Assembly: GCA_963920595.1 (NCBI GenBank)
Contig: OY986950.1
Coordinates: forward strand, 682,001-746,000
DNA length: 64,000 nt
Direction: 5' to 3'
DNA from: Eimeria praecox
Taxonomy: Eukaryota
Within the stretch, counting starts at the first letter, position 1, and each line of letters opens with the position of its first letter. Positions 63,958 to 64,000 of this stretch are shown piece by piece. The notes below the pieces were generated by a model. That model saw only the letters and a program-made list of their open reading frames with translations, was not told where the DNA came from and did not search any database. A program made the position numbers and the translations under genes.

Positions 63958-64000
<43 letters not shown>
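62450..64000. repeat. Further intronic microsatellites: (TA)n 62450-62588, (CTG)n/TAGTTG 62753-63010, (TA)n and (TC)n 63136-63290, (TC)n 63408-63572, (TATATC)n/(TATC)n 63735-64000
   Basis: Direct reading; interleaved with two short coding exons. Confidence 0.93.

Overview
Intron-rich eukaryotic nuclear DNA with the signature of a coccidian apicomplexan (Eimeriidae, most likely Eimeria): CAG-encoded homopolymeric amino-acid runs, interstitial AAACCCT telomere-like repeats, TGCATGCA octamers and decayed gypsy-type retroelements. Recognisable genes, left to right: COG8/Dor1 (-), Sec1/Unc18 SM protein (+), a Lys/Glu-rich low-complexity protein (-), a dual-specificity phosphatase (+), proteasome alpha-3/PSMA4 (-), two small hypothetical spliced genes (-), importin-beta (+), an OMP-decarboxylase-like protein (+), RPL35A (-), RPS20 (+, missed by the ORF track), calmodulin (-), a multi-pass AIG1/rolling-stone-like membrane protein (+), CWF19L1/CwfJ (-) and an ankyrin-repeat plus PHAX RNA-binding-domain protein (+, probably running off the right edge). 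Two degenerate copies of one Ty3/gypsy-like family lie at about 41.5-45.3 kb (with chromodomain-like remnants) and about 53.6-56.1 kb. After about 57.2 kb the DNA becomes extremely rich in microsatellites. The most striking observation is the OMPDC-like protein: it keeps its own (cis) active-site residues but has lost those normally donated in trans to the partner subunit ([10 protein letters not shown] in place of DAKRGDIGxT), suggesting a pseudoenzyme or half-site heterodimer. All family calls come from manual translation and remembered consensus motifs, not database searches, and exon boundaries were inferred by eye.
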